A stretch of 33,203 bases of DNA. Origin: an uncultured virus (IMG/VR IMGVR_UViG_2049941000_000079) (taxonomy: Duplodnaviria > Heunggongvirae > Uroviricota > Caudoviricetes). The stretch lies in IMG/VR virus record IMGVR_UViG_2049941000_000079, one strand, 5' to 3'. Shown one piece after another: positions 8,548 through 18,245 of this stretch. Made by a program: the position numbers and the translations under genes. Position 1 is the first letter of the stretch. Every line of letters starts with the position of its first letter. The notes below the pieces were generated by a model. That model had not been told where the DNA came from, searched no databases, and worked only from the letters and a program-made list of their open reading frames with translations.

Positions 8548-9132
8548 ATGTTAAAACGCGAAGAAGTTAAACAGAAACTCGTTGAATGGGGTATAGAGAA
8601 TCCCACTGATGAACAGATTAGTGATTATCTTGCCACAATCAGCAAAGAAACCAAATCTGCTGAAGATCGTGCAAACCGTTATAAAGGCGATGCTGACAAG
8701 GTAAAAGACCTTGAAAGGCAGATTGAGGAACTTAACAGCGCAAACTTGACCGACATCGAGAAAGCGAACAAGGCCACTGAAGACGCAATGAATAAAGTTG
8801 CCGATCTTGAAAAAACCGTCAAACAGATGAAGCAACTTAAAGCATTGGCAGACGTTGGAATTGTTGGTGAAGATGCAGAAGGTCTGTTTGGTGAGGACGG
8901 AAACCTGAACATCGAGAAGTTAGGACAGATTATCGGTGCGAGAGAAAAAGCGGCGGTAGATGTCTATAAGAAAGAAGCACTTGATGGCACTCCTGCCCCT
9001 GATGGGAAGAAGGGATCAGAAGGTGAGGACGATGATAAGGGCGATCCACTCACGAAAGATATAGTTGATCGTGCAGTCGCTTCGAAGAAAGCAGAAACCG
9101 AAGCGGTTAGCATTATTGATTCATACAAATAG
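8548..9132 (+). CDS. Capsid scaffolding protein
   Basis: Charged coiled coil with LTDIEKA motif and C-terminal TP..G; upstream of the capsid genes. SD GAAAGGGA favours ATG 8548. Confidence 0.8.
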   Translation: MLKREEVKQKLVEWGIENPTDEQISDYLATISKETKSAEDRANRYKGDADKVKDLERQIEELNSANLTDIEKANKATEDAMNKVADLEKTVKQMKQLKALADVGIVGEDAEGLFGEDGNLNIEKLGQIIGAREKAAVDVYKKEALDGTPAPDGKKGSEGEDDDKGDPLTKDIVDRAVASKKAETEAVSIIDSYK

Positions 9133-9146
9133 AAGGGAGAAAAGAT

Positions 9147-9391
9147 ATGAAGTATTCANNNNNNNNNNNNNNNNNNNNNNNNNNNNNNNNNNNNNNNNNN
9201 NNNNNNNNNNNNNAAAGGCCGGAAAGAAGTCAACAGGAAACGGATCAGATGTTTACGGCATCACTCTTAACGATTGTTACGAGGATAACCCGAACACATC
9301 CGTTATCGTTGCATTTGCAGTTATCAACGGTGCAAACACCACAGCAACATCATCAGACAGGGCGGCACTTCCCAACCTGTATTTTGAGTAA
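9147..9391 (+). CDS. Head decoration / capsid stabilising protein (gap)
   Basis: KAGKK...VYGITLND...NPN.SVIV pattern between scaffold and major capsid; SD AAGGGAG. Confidence 0.6.
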
Positions 9392-9408
9392 GAAAGGGGG
9401 TTCACACA

Positions 9409-10456
9409 ATGGGTAAATTTACAGACGTTTTCGGATCATCCGTAATTGCGGCTATCTACAATGAAGCCGCTTCAAACAGAATCCCTTATCTTGGCGAGGG
9501 ATTTTTCCCGGCAAAGCAGAAGAGCGGTCTTACGCTCAAATGGATTAAGACCTCAAAGGGTCTTCCTGTTTCACTTGCACCTTCTGCATTTGATGTAGTC
9601 GCTCCTATCAGATCACGTCAGGGTCTTGAAGTGATTGACACGGAAATGGCTTACTTCAAGGAAGCTATGCTCGTTAAAGAGCAGGATATTCAGGACTACG
9701 AGACAGCAGTTGAAGGATCACCTCTTGCAAAAGAGATTCTTGATCGTATNNNNNNNNNNTGCGCGTGTCGTTCCCGAAAGAATGAGAATGTCACTTCTTG
9801 CAAACGCAAACGGACATCCTTCAATCACGATCTCGGTTAGTGGCGGTGCTAACTACACCTACAACTACGACCCGAACGACTCATACAGTACAAACAACTT
9901 TGATACTGTTGATACGTATTGGACAGACCTTGATGATTCTACACCGCTTGATGACATTTCAGCGGCACAGGATGCAGTAGAAGCATCAACGGGTGTTAGA
10001 CCTTCGATCCTTCTCATGAGCAAGGCTACAATGAACCTTCTCAAGCAGAACGATTCAATTAAGAGCGCAATCCTTGCACAGAACATAACCGCAAACATCT
10101 TCATGACAGATGCAAGGGTTAAGGAACTGTTTGCAAACGAACTTGGCCTTTCAATCATCGTTTACACGAAGATGTATAAGGACGAGAGCGGAAATGCCAA
10201 GAAGTTCTATCCCGATGGAATGGTTACACTTCTTCCTGAAGGTGCGCTTGGTAACACATGGTTTGGTGTTACACCCGAAGAACATAGAGCAGACAAGCTC
10301 GATGTTACAATCGTTGATTCAGGTATTGCGGTATCTGTTGACACGAAGTTTGACCCGGTACAGACAACCACAAAGGCTTCAGAGATCGTGCTTCCTTCAT
10401 TCGAGAGAATGGATGAGACATATATGCTCAAAGTTGCCGCAAACGTAGTGTACTGA
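9409..10456 (+). CDS. Major capsid protein (phage capsid E family; split by gap at 9750-9759)
   Basis: PYLGEGFFP.K...LPVSLAPSAFD..A.IRSR; ERMRM.LL; LGNTWFGVTPEE; EIVLPSFERMD. Confidence 0.9.
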
Positions 10457-10472
10457 TAAAGGGGGTAGACCT

Positions 10473-10781
10473 ATGATTTTTCCATTTGAAGTGAAAAAGA
10501 ATGGTGTCTACTATCCGGCAGGAACGGAAGTTCCGACAGGCAGTAAGAAGGGGGCTAAAAAGCCCCTTTCTTCACAGCCGGGGAAAGTAGATGCGAAGCC
10601 TGAAAAGGCAGAACCCGCAGTTGAAGATTCGGTAAATGAATCTGAAAAAGAGCGGAAATATTCAGAAGAAGAATTGAACTTGCCTTACATGAAGCTTAAA
10701 TCACTTGCAATAAGTGAAGGTTTCAAGGTCGATAAGTCGGCAAAGGCAGATGAAATAAAGGATATGTTGAGGACATTATGA
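10473..10781 (+). CDS. Capsid-adjacent protein with small C-terminal helical (HeH/Rho-N-like) domain
   Basis: VKKNGVYYPAGTEVP N-terminus, low-complexity linker, YMKLKSLA..EG......ADEIKDML. Confidence 0.65.
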   Translation: MIFPFEVKKNGVYYPAGTEVPTGSKKGAKKPLSSQPGKVDAKPEKAEPAVEDSVNESEKERKYSEEELNLPYMKLKSLAISEGFKVDKSAKADEIKDMLRTL

Positions 10782-11122
10782 CACTTAACGATCTTACATC
10801 AAAAGTACAAGCAAGAGCATTGACATATTTGAATGAAACAGAAGAAACAGTAGAAACATTCCCGTTATCTATTGTGGATTTTGTTATTGAGTATTCAATC
10901 AATGAGAGTCATTTCCCTATGGACTATACGGAAGATAAGATAGCGGCAAGACTTGACCGTTGTGTAAACGCAATGGCAATGGCTTGTATCGAGGTATATT
11001 CCAGAGCCGGAGCAGAAGGAGAAAAGGCGCATAGCGAAAACGCTATATCTCGAACATATGACGGCGCATGGATAAGTACACGGTTACATGATGTATTGCC
11101 GAACTTTGTAGGAGTGCTTTGA
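10778..11122 (+). CDS. Head-tail adaptor (SPP1 gp15-like)
   Basis: YSRAGAEGEKAHSENAISRTY motif. Confidence 0.85.
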   Translation: MTLNDLTSKVQARALTYLNETEETVETFPLSIVDFVIEYSINESHFPMDYTEDKIAARLDRCVNAMAMACIEVYSRAGAEGEKAHSENAISRTYDGAWISTRLHDVLPNFVGVL

Positions 11123-11123
11123 T

Positions 11124-11573
11124 ATGATGCGGTGTCTCAAAAGAAATAAGCAGACAATCTACTACGCATTGCTTATTGATACCGTACCCGTCTATAAACT
11201 CGACAGCAATGGCAACAAGATTGTTGACTACGTTGACGAGGAAACGGGCGAAACATACTACGTTGAAACGGGTGTGAAAATGCCGTTGTATAGTCCTGCT
11301 GTCATGTTCAAGGGCAATATAGCGTTTGCAGGAGCAGACCTATTACGTCAGGAGTTTGGCATTAGTGACGAACGATACGAAGCGGTATTAGTGTTAAACA
11401 AAGGACAAATACCCATAACCGAGACATCCCTTATATGGTTTGAAACAGACCCGAAGACAAAGATAGTTGACGGGGTTGTATATGCGGATGATGCAACGGC
11501 AGATTATAGGGTGTTAAGATCAGTACCTTCGCTTAATAATGATCGTTACATCTTGGCAAAGGTAGTTAAATGA
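11124..11573 (+). CDS. Head closure / stopper protein
   Basis: Synteny; MRCLKRNKQ.IYYA...ADYRV....PSLN. Confidence 0.7.
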   Translation: MMRCLKRNKQTIYYALLIDTVPVYKLDSNGNKIVDYVDEETGETYYVETGVKMPLYSPAVMFKGNIAFAGADLLRQEFGISDERYEAVLVLNKGQIPITETSLIWFETDPKTKIVDGVVYADDATADYRVLRSVPSLNNDRYILAKVVK

Positions 11574-12145
11574 AATACAACGTGAGACTTGATAGCAAGG
11601 AATTATTCAAACTATCATCAGACCTTCTAAAGTATGCTGATGATTTTGAAAACAAGGTAAGAATATTCCTTGAAAAGTTGGCACAAGTAGGGATAAGCGT
11701 CGCGGTGGCAAACAGCGGCGTTTTTTCACGTTATATTGTCTATTCAATAAAGCAGGAAAATAATACCACGGTCAAGCTTGTAGCGAGTTCTGAACCCATT
11801 GAAAGCGCGTGGTATGTAAGTTCCAAAAGTGAAGAGCAACGAACAGAAGTGATCTCCCCTATCTTAATGGCTGAATTTGGTAGCGGCCATTATGCAATAC
11901 AAGGTACGGGAGAAGCGGCAGGATTAGGCGGTCAAGGCACTTTGAATGTGTATGGACACGCCTTTGATGCTAATGGATGGTATTGGTGGTCGGAAGAAGC
12001 AAGTCAGGACGGAGTATTGAAGAAGTCCAAGAATGGACGTTTTCTGTACCAATCCGATGGACTGCCCCCGGCACAACCTTTACATAAGGCGGTAATGGCT
12101 TGCATAGAGCGAGTCGAGGAAATAGCGCGAGAGGTATTCGGATGA
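11570..12145 (+). CDS. Neck / tail completion protein (HK97 gp10-like)
   Basis: MAEFGSG...G.PPAQPLHKA..IAREVFG; synteny. Confidence 0.7.
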   Translation: MKYNVRLDSKELFKLSSDLLKYADDFENKVRIFLEKLAQVGISVAVANSGVFSRYIVYSIKQENNTTVKLVASSEPIESAWYVSSKSEEQRTEVISPILMAEFGSGHYAIQGTGEAAGLGGQGTLNVYGHAFDANGWYWWSEEASQDGVLKKSKNGRFLYQSDGLPPAQPLHKAVMACIERVEEIAREVFG

Positions 12146-12552
12146 GTTCTATATGGATTGAGGACAGGATAGACAAGGTTTATTCGCGTGTCAAAAACAA
12201 GACAGTCAAAGCACTTAAATCAAAATATCCCGACATCAACTTCACACAGGATGATTCAGAAAACGATATTGCGAAATTTCCTACCGTTTATATGTTTTTT
12301 GATACCGCAGAACGAATGTCTACCCTTGACGGTGGGGCGATAAACGGGGTCTATATGACAATTCGTACAAAGGTGAGCGTTACCAAAACAGACGGCAACG
12401 ATGCCGCCCGTGAGGTAAACGCAAAAGTCCGTGATGAACTCGTCAATCTCGGTTTTATGGCTTCGGGTAGTCCTATACCTACGGTGTCGGGAGACATCAA
12501 AGCAATAAACGCAAACTATCAGAGGATGGTTGGTTACAACGATCCAATATAA
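12142..12552 (+). CDS. Tail terminator protein
   Basis: ATGA overlap; AKFPTVY motif; directly before the tail tube gene. Confidence 0.7.
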   Translation: MSSIWIEDRIDKVYSRVKNKTVKALKSKYPDINFTQDDSENDIAKFPTVYMFFDTAERMSTLDGGAINGVYMTIRTKVSVTKTDGNDAAREVNAKVRDELVNLGFMASGSPIPTVSGDIKAINANYQRMVGYNDPI

Positions 12553-12570
12553 TGAAGGGAGAAAAAAGAT

Positions 12571-13326
12571 ATGGCAGTAAATGAAATGGGTCTTTCGACT
12601 CTCGGTATCGAGTTTGGTTATGCCGTAGGGTCAACAAAGCCTTCGTCATTCACAAAACTTGACAGAATCGTGTCAATCGGTGAAGCCGCTATCACAAACG
12701 AGACTATTGATGTTTCTTGTCTTGAAGACCTTACATCAAAGTTCGTTCGTGGACGTGGAACTGTAACAGATTCTATCCCGGTTGTGGTGAATTGGACAGA
12801 CGAGGTAGAGCAGGAATGGGATGCCGTTCTTTCGGCTTACAATAGCCGCACAACGGGTCAGACGATGTGGTGGATGATTAAAGTTCCCGGAAAGTCAAAA
12901 TGCGCTTTCTTCAAGGCACAGCCGCCCACAGCACTTCCTATACCTTCACTCGATCAGAACGCAAGCTTACAGAACACGATGAATCTTGTTATGGAAGAGC
13001 TTGTAGGTTGGGACACCGCGGTGTCTTTTCTTGAGCCGAACCTTGATGCGCTGACTCTTGGTTCGGAAACCTTAACACCGACATTCGATGAGGATGTAAC
13101 GGAGTATACAGCGAACATCACGGACGCTTCAACAAGTCTTACTGTTACGGCAGAGAATACGGGCGATACCGTTGAAATCTTCCTTAATGGTACTTCAAAG
13201 GGAAGCGGAACAACAACATTGACAAAATCTCTTACTTGGACGGCCGGTACGGACGAGGTAGAGGTTAAAGTAACTCATGTAGCATCTGTTAAGACCTACA
13301 AGATCACAGTTACGCACACAGTATAG
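12571..13326 (+). CDS. Major tail tube protein with C-terminal cadherin-like/Ig beta-sandwich
   Basis: ETIDVSCLED...GRG tube motif; C-terminal LDALTLGSETLTPTFDEDVTEYTAN...KTYKITVT. Confidence 0.85.
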   Translation: MAVNEMGLSTLGIEFGYAVGSTKPSSFTKLDRIVSIGEAAITNETIDVSCLEDLTSKFVRGRGTVTDSIPVVVNWTDEVEQEWDAVLSAYNSRTTGQTMWWMIKVPGKSKCAFFKAQPPTALPIPSLDQNASLQNTMNLVMEELVGWDTAVSFLEPNLDALTLGSETLTPTFDEDVTEYTANITDASTSLTVTAENTGDTVEIFLNGTSKGSGTTTLTKSLTWTAGTDEVEVKVTHVASVKTYKITVTHTV

Positions 13327-13330
13327 CGCG

Positions 13331-13394
13331 AAGAGGGCGGGGGAAACCCCGTCCTTTCCCTATACTTTTTATTGCCGCAAGGCAGGGAAAGGAC
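13331..13394 (+). promoter_or_regulatory. Alternative-structure RNA element upstream of the tail chaperone
   Basis: A GAAA-capped GC hairpin overlaps an 11-nt perfect anti-RBS sequence. Confidence 0.55.
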
Positions 13395-13399
13395 AAAAT

Positions 13400-13741
13400 A
13401 TGACAAAACTATTCATCGTTAATGGAAAGACATACCACGCAAAGGAGTTTGACTTCAATTTCTTATGTGACCTTGAAGATCAGAACCTTTCGTTAGAGGA
13501 CATAGATAAGAAGCCTATGTCACTTATCAGATCGTATCTTGCATTTTCAGCAAACATCACAAAGGAACAGGCCGGGGTAGAGATTGAAAAACATCTTGAG
13601 AATGGCGGCAAGTTTAATGACATCGTAGAGATCATGGGTCAGCAGATGCAGGATTCGGGTTTTTTTCGGTCACTCAACAAGGGAACGGAAGAGGAAAGCG
13701 GCGAGACTTCAACGAAGAGTGCAAAGAGCAAAAAAGCATAA
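13400..13741 (+). CDS. Tail assembly chaperone (gpG-like)
   Basis: Between tail tube and tape measure; contains a slippery heptamer. Confidence 0.85.
   Translation: MTKLFIVNGKTYHAKEFDFNFLCDLEDQNLSLEDIDKKPMSLIRSYLAFSANITKEQAGVEIEKHLENGGKFNDIVEIMGQQMQDSGFFRSLNKGTEEESGETSTKSAKSKKA
13657..13666 (+). other. Programmed -1 ribosomal frameshift site G GGT TTT TTT
   Basis: In-frame X XXY YYZ heptamer; the -1 frame is open to 14172. Confidence 0.85.
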
Positions 13742-14172
13742 GTGATTACCCTTGTTTGAGAGATTACTTTGAACATGAGTGGATGGTAAAGACTATACCA
13801 CTCGGAACTACTTATGATGATTTTTGGCGGTTGAATCCTAGAAAAATCCTTGTCATGGTAGACGCATACAATGAAGCCAAGAAAAACGATGTACGGCAAC
13901 AGAATATGCTTTATCACCTTGAAGGTATGTATTTCATGGATGCCCTTGTTGCTGTTATAGGCAATATGTTTAAGGGAAAAGGACAAAGGCCGTATGAATA
14001 TCCTAAAGAGCCGTATACACTCGACCTTGAGTATGAAGAAGGTCTTGATATGTCAGACGATGCGGAAAAGGATATAGCATTAAAGCGCAGGAACTTTGTT
14101 ACACAACTTAACAATTTGTTCCGAGATATAGAGCCTATTGTAGAAAGAAAGAAGAAAAATGCCGAACATTGA
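13660..14172 (+). CDS. gpT-like frameshift extension of the tail assembly chaperone
   Basis: The -1 frame runs without stops into ORF 13756-14172 (FWRLNPR motif), which lacks its own good SD/ATG. Confidence 0.8.
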   Translation, partial: FFSVTQQGNGRGKRRDFNEECKEQKSISDYPCLRDYFEHEWMVKTIPLGTTYDDFWRLNPRKILVMVDAYNEAKKNDVRQQNMLYHLEGMYFMDALVAVIGNMFKGKGQRPYEYPKEPYTLDLEYEEGLDMSDDAEKDIALKRRNFVTQLNNLFRDIEPIVERKKKNAEH

Positions 14173-17100
14173 TACCTTATCAATACAATTTAACGCAAAT
14201 GGAACAGACAAGGCCGTAAATAACATCAAGGCAATGGGATATGCGGTGCGTAACCTTGCACAAAGCGTTAAGTCCATTGACTCATCAAAACTTGGTGCGT
14301 TTACGTCTTCCATGGAAACCCTTAAAAAGAGTATTCCGACAGAAGCACAGACAAAAAGAATGTCAGCCTTTAGCAATGCGATTAAAGAGTTGTCAGGTGT
14401 GATAGGTACGGCAAACATTTCAGGCTTTTCACGGGATATGTCTACACTTGGGGATGCGGTCAACACGTTCAAAAGGTCAAGTGTCAACTCGATCACGAAC
14501 GCAGTAACAGCAATGCAGAATCTTCAATCTCAAACACAGGCTACGGCAAAAACTATTTCCAATGCCGTACCTAAATCATCCGTGCCTATTGAAAGAGGTA
14601 ATAGGACAAATGAATCATTAAGTCAGGCAAAAGAACTTATTGCCACGCTTGATAAAGTTCAAATCAAGGCAACGGGTATTCAGGGTGTATTTCAGAAGAT
14701 GGGACTTGTTGTACCCACAAAGAGATTCAAAGACCTTGAAAATAGTGCTGAAAAGGTACGTCAGAAGTATGAAGAAGTACGTTCGGCTTTACAAAAAGGT
14801 CTTAACGAAGGATCACTTGAATCCGGCGGTACTGAATACAAGAAGAAGATGGCAGAACTTGATGCCCTTCGGAATAAGTACAATGAACTTATCCAGAAGC
14901 AGAGAGAACTTGCAAAAGAAGGGGGTGGGTTTACTCTTGCCCCCGGTCTTAAACAAGCGGCATCAAGCGCAAAGGCAATAGATTCAAGTTTTCGCTCTTT
15001 ATCAGGAGCATTAGGCACAGTCAGTAAAAAATTCAGTTCAATCATAAGCAAAGTGCGCTCATTTGGCTCTCACGCAAAGAGTACAAAGCGCGACACATCA
15101 TCTTTAGCAGACGCGGCAAAGAAGTTATCAAATGAGTTCTTCCGCGTATCTAAAATGCTTAAACTGATGATTACCCGTATGGCTTTAAGGGCTGTAATTA
15201 AAGAATTGGGTAATGGGTTTAAGTCATTAGCTTTACATTCCGAAGAGTTCAACAATAGCGTATCGGGAATGATGAACGCATCAAAGCAGTTAGGTTATTC
15301 TATTTCTGCTATGGTAAGTCCTCTTATCAATGCGTTTGCCCCGGCGATCATATATGTTATCAACTTACTTATTAAGTTGGCAAATGTCATACAACAAGTG
15401 TTTGGTGCGCTTACGGGTGCTACCACTTGGAATAAGGCAAAAGACTTTACGGAGTCATGGGCTGATAACATCAAGGCGGCAAATAAAGGTGCAAAGGAAC
15501 TTAAAAAGACCGTTCTTGGCTTTGATGAATTAAATCAGTTACAAGAGAAAACATCCGGCGGTGGCGGTAATGACATAGTCGATATGTTTGATACACAGCA
15601 AATCGACTCAAAATGGAAGAGCCTTGCCGATACTATAAAGAAATATGCGAACAAACTCTTTGATCCCATAAAGAAAGCATGGGAGAAAGTAGGTAACTTT
15701 GTTAAGAAGTCATGGAAGTATGCAATGGACGAGGTTCTTAAACTCGGATCATCCGTTGCGCGTGACTTCTGGAAGATGTGGGAGCAAAAAGCCACACAGC
15801 AGATATTTGAGAATATCCTTAAAATTGTTGGATATATCGGACAGACAGTAGGCAACCTTGCCCGTCAATTCCGTATTGCATGGGATGAAAACAATACCGG
15901 GTATAAGATACTTTGCAATATTCGTGACGTAGTTCTCACAATCACGGAACACTTAAAGAATATGGCAAAAGCCACGGCAGATTGGGCTGACACGCTTGAT
16001 TTTTCCCCTATTCTGACAAAGTTTAATGAATGGCTTGAAAGCATTAAACCCGTTGTAGATAACCTCATGGGAATAGTAGAGGACTTCTACACAACGGTTA
16101 TCCTGCCGCTTGGCAAATGGGCGGTAGAAGTGGGCGGCCCTAAATTACTGCAAGTATTCATTGATTTTAATGAAAAGGTAGATTGGGAAGGTTTACGTCA
16201 AAAACTTCAAACACTTTGGGAACATCTTGAACCGTTCATGGAAACCGTAGGGGAAGGTCTGATTATCTTTATAGACCGTGTAGCACAAGCACTTGCAGAC
16301 TTTATCAATAGTCCAGAGTTTGAGCAATTCCTCAAGGATGTTGAAGATTGGATGGATTCAGTTACACCACAAGACGTAGCTGATGGATTAGAAGCGATCG
16401 CGAAAGCAATAATTGCGTTTGCCATAGGTAAAACGGTTATAGATGGATTGATAGCAATATCATCTTTCTTAAAGCTAGTTTCTAGTCTTGCGCCGTTACT
16501 CAAATTAGCGTTAGTCATAAGCGTTGCGTACACGGGCTTTAAATTAGGTTCGTGGATTGGTAAGAAGATAACGGGCGATGATGAAACCTACGATAACTTT
16601 ACATGGTCGGCATTTATAGATGTAACTGTTCGCGGTGTAGAGACTTGGGAAGATTTTGCAGAGAGATTAACTGAATTAGCGGATGCATGGATGACAATGC
16701 GTAAAGAGGCTGATTGGTTTATACAATCAATAATGAGAATTGTTGAAGGCCCTGTTGCTTCATTTGTCCTAGATTTATTCGGAATCACAGAAGCAACAAA
16801 AAAGGCATCCGAAGAATCTGTTGGCTATAAGGAAAAACTCGAAGAATTAACGGAAAAAACAAAGAATCTTAAAGCCGAAAATGAAAACTCAAGTAAATCT
16901 TTCAGCGAAACGGTAGAAGGACTTAAAAAGGCAAGTGGCGAAGCATCAACCGCTACAACATCATTCTCAAAAGCGGCAGAGAATATTAAGAACGTAGGCA
17001 CGGAATCAAATAATGCGGCTTCATCCTTCATTAAAGTACATGAAGGAATAAAAGACGTTAATACAAGTGCGGAAGATTTATCAAAGGGTTATAACAATCT

Positions 17101-17863
17101 GAAAACAAATACGGATTCGCTTAAAACTGCCTTGAATGATGCAAATACTGCATATAAGAACGTCAAGGGTGCAATGGAACAGACCGTAAGTTACACCCCT
17201 GTTATGACAGATTCACAGAAGAAGATCGTGGATTCATTGTCGGGATTAAAGAAAGAAACCGAGGAAGTGCAACTTGCAACCGCAAATGCCGGACTTGATA
17301 TGCAGGGAACATGGACGGAGCTTTCAAAATCAACCAATACAAATATGGGCGATATCAAAAAGTCTGTTGATGAATCCATGAAGGACGTAAATAAGAGCCT
17401 TGATACCGTCAAAGATGCTATGTCTGAAAAGGAATGGACATTTGATGGTGTCGGAAGCGGTCTGACAAAAACCTTTGAAAAAGCCAAAGAAGGTATCAAG
17501 GGTGTATGGAATAGCATTGCCGAAAAACTGAATGGAGAACATTCTCTTGGCGAAGGAAAATTCAAGATCAACCTTCCGAAGTTTGCAACGGGTGGATTCC
17601 CGGAAGACGGTTTATTTATGGCTAATCACAATGAGTTAGTCGGTCACTTCTCGAACGGCAAGACCGCAGTAGCAAACAATCAGCAGATCATAGCCGGAAT
17701 AGAAACGGGTGTATATGCCGCAGTATCAAAGGCACTTTCACAGAATAACGGCGGTAGTCAGTATATCGCAAATGAGATCATTGTTGACGGCGATGTGATA
17801 GCAAGGTCTGTATCAAAGGCGCAGGAAAGACAAGGACGGAGATATAGTCCGTCTATGGCATGA
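14159..17863 (+). CDS. Tape measure protein
   Basis: 1234 aa, helical; GFDELNQL, W-spaced repeats, C-terminal FATGGFP..GLFMANHNELVG...TAVANNQQI. Confidence 0.93.
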   Translation: MPNIDTLSIQFNANGTDKAVNNIKAMGYAVRNLAQSVKSIDSSKLGAFTSSMETLKKSIPTEAQTKRMSAFSNAIKELSGVIGTANISGFSRDMSTLGDAVNTFKRSSVNSITNAVTAMQNLQSQTQATAKTISNAVPKSSVPIERGNRTNESLSQAKELIATLDKVQIKATGIQGVFQKMGLVVPTKRFKDLENSAEKVRQKYEEVRSALQKGLNEGSLESGGTEYKKKMAELDALRNKYNELIQKQRELAKEGGGFTLAPGLKQAASSAKAIDSSFRSLSGALGTVSKKFSSIISKVRSFGSHAKSTKRDTSSLADAAKKLSNEFFRVSKMLKLMITRMALRAVIKELGNGFKSLALHSEEFNNSVSGMMNASKQLGYSISAMVSPLINAFAPAIIYVINLLIKLANVIQQVFGALTGATTWNKAKDFTESWADNIKAANKGAKELKKTVLGFDELNQLQEKTSGGGGNDIVDMFDTQQIDSKWKSLADTIKKYANKLFDPIKKAWEKVGNFVKKSWKYAMDEVLKLGSSVARDFWKMWEQKATQQIFENILKIVGYIGQTVGNLARQFRIAWDENNTGYKILCNIRDVVLTITEHLKNMAKATADWADTLDFSPILTKFNEWLESIKPVVDNLMGIVEDFYTTVILPLGKWAVEVGGPKLLQVFIDFNEKVDWEGLRQKLQTLWEHLEPFMETVGEGLIIFIDRVAQALADFINSPEFEQFLKDVEDWMDSVTPQDVADGLEAIAKAIIAFAIGKTVIDGLIAISSFLKLVSSLAPLLKLALVISVAYTGFKLGSWIGKKITGDDETYDNFTWSAFIDVTVRGVETWEDFAERLTELADAWMTMRKEADWFIQSIMRIVEGPVASFVLDLFGITEATKKASEESVGYKEKLEELTEKTKNLKAENENSSKSFSETVEGLKKASGEASTATTSFSKAAENIKNVGTESNNAASSFIKVHEGIKDVNTSAEDLSKGYNNLKTNTDSLKTALNDANTAYKNVKGAMEQTVSYTPVMTDSQKKIVDSLSGLKKETEEVQLATANAGLDMQGTWTELSKSTNTNMGDIKKSVDESMKDVNKSLDTVKDAMSEKEWTFDGVGSGLTKTFEKAKEGIKGVWNSIAEKLNGEHSLGEGKFKINLPKFATGGFPEDGLFMANHNELVGHFSNGKTAVANNQQIIAGIETGVYAAVSKALSQNNGGSQYIANEIIVDGDVIARSVSKAQERQGRRYSPSMA

Positions 17864-17871
17864 GGTAAGTT

Positions 17872-18243
17872 ATGGCAAGAACAAAATATCCATTTAAGGT
17901 AAACGGAAATGATATGCCGTGTCCGAGTAAGTGCGACATAGGATATCAGGATATAAGTGCGCCGGATTCAGGACGTACACTTGATGGCTTAATGTGGAAA
18001 AACAAAATCGGTCAAAAGGTCAAACTCGATCTTGAATGGCTTGGGATATCGGATGAAGATGCGGCAACCATTTTACAAGCTTTTGATCCTGAATACATCA
18101 ACATTACATACCGGGATGCAAAACAGAACGCGGTTGTCACAAAAACCTTTTATACGGGCGATAGGAAAGCATCAACGTATTGGTGGAGTGATGATGATGA
18201 TATGACGTTTGCAAACATCGTATTTAACGTAATCGAAAGGTAA
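17872..18243 (+). CDS. Distal tail (Dit-like) protein
   Basis: Follows the tape measure gene; DSGRTLDGLM...FYTGDR motif. Confidence 0.75.
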   Translation: MARTKYPFKVNGNDMPCPSKCDIGYQDISAPDSGRTLDGLMWKNKIGQKVKLDLEWLGISDEDAATILQAFDPEYINITYRDAKQNAVVTKTFYTGDRKASTYWWSDDDDMTFANIVFNVIER

Positions 18244-18245
18244 GT

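Noticed and set aside
9750..9840. Frameshifted or pseudogenised major capsid gene
   Set aside because: The break lies exactly at an N gap of arbitrary length.
17678..17686. AATCAGCAG as the group I intron Q element
   Set aside because: It lies 12 kb upstream, inside the tape-measure ANNQQI coding motif.
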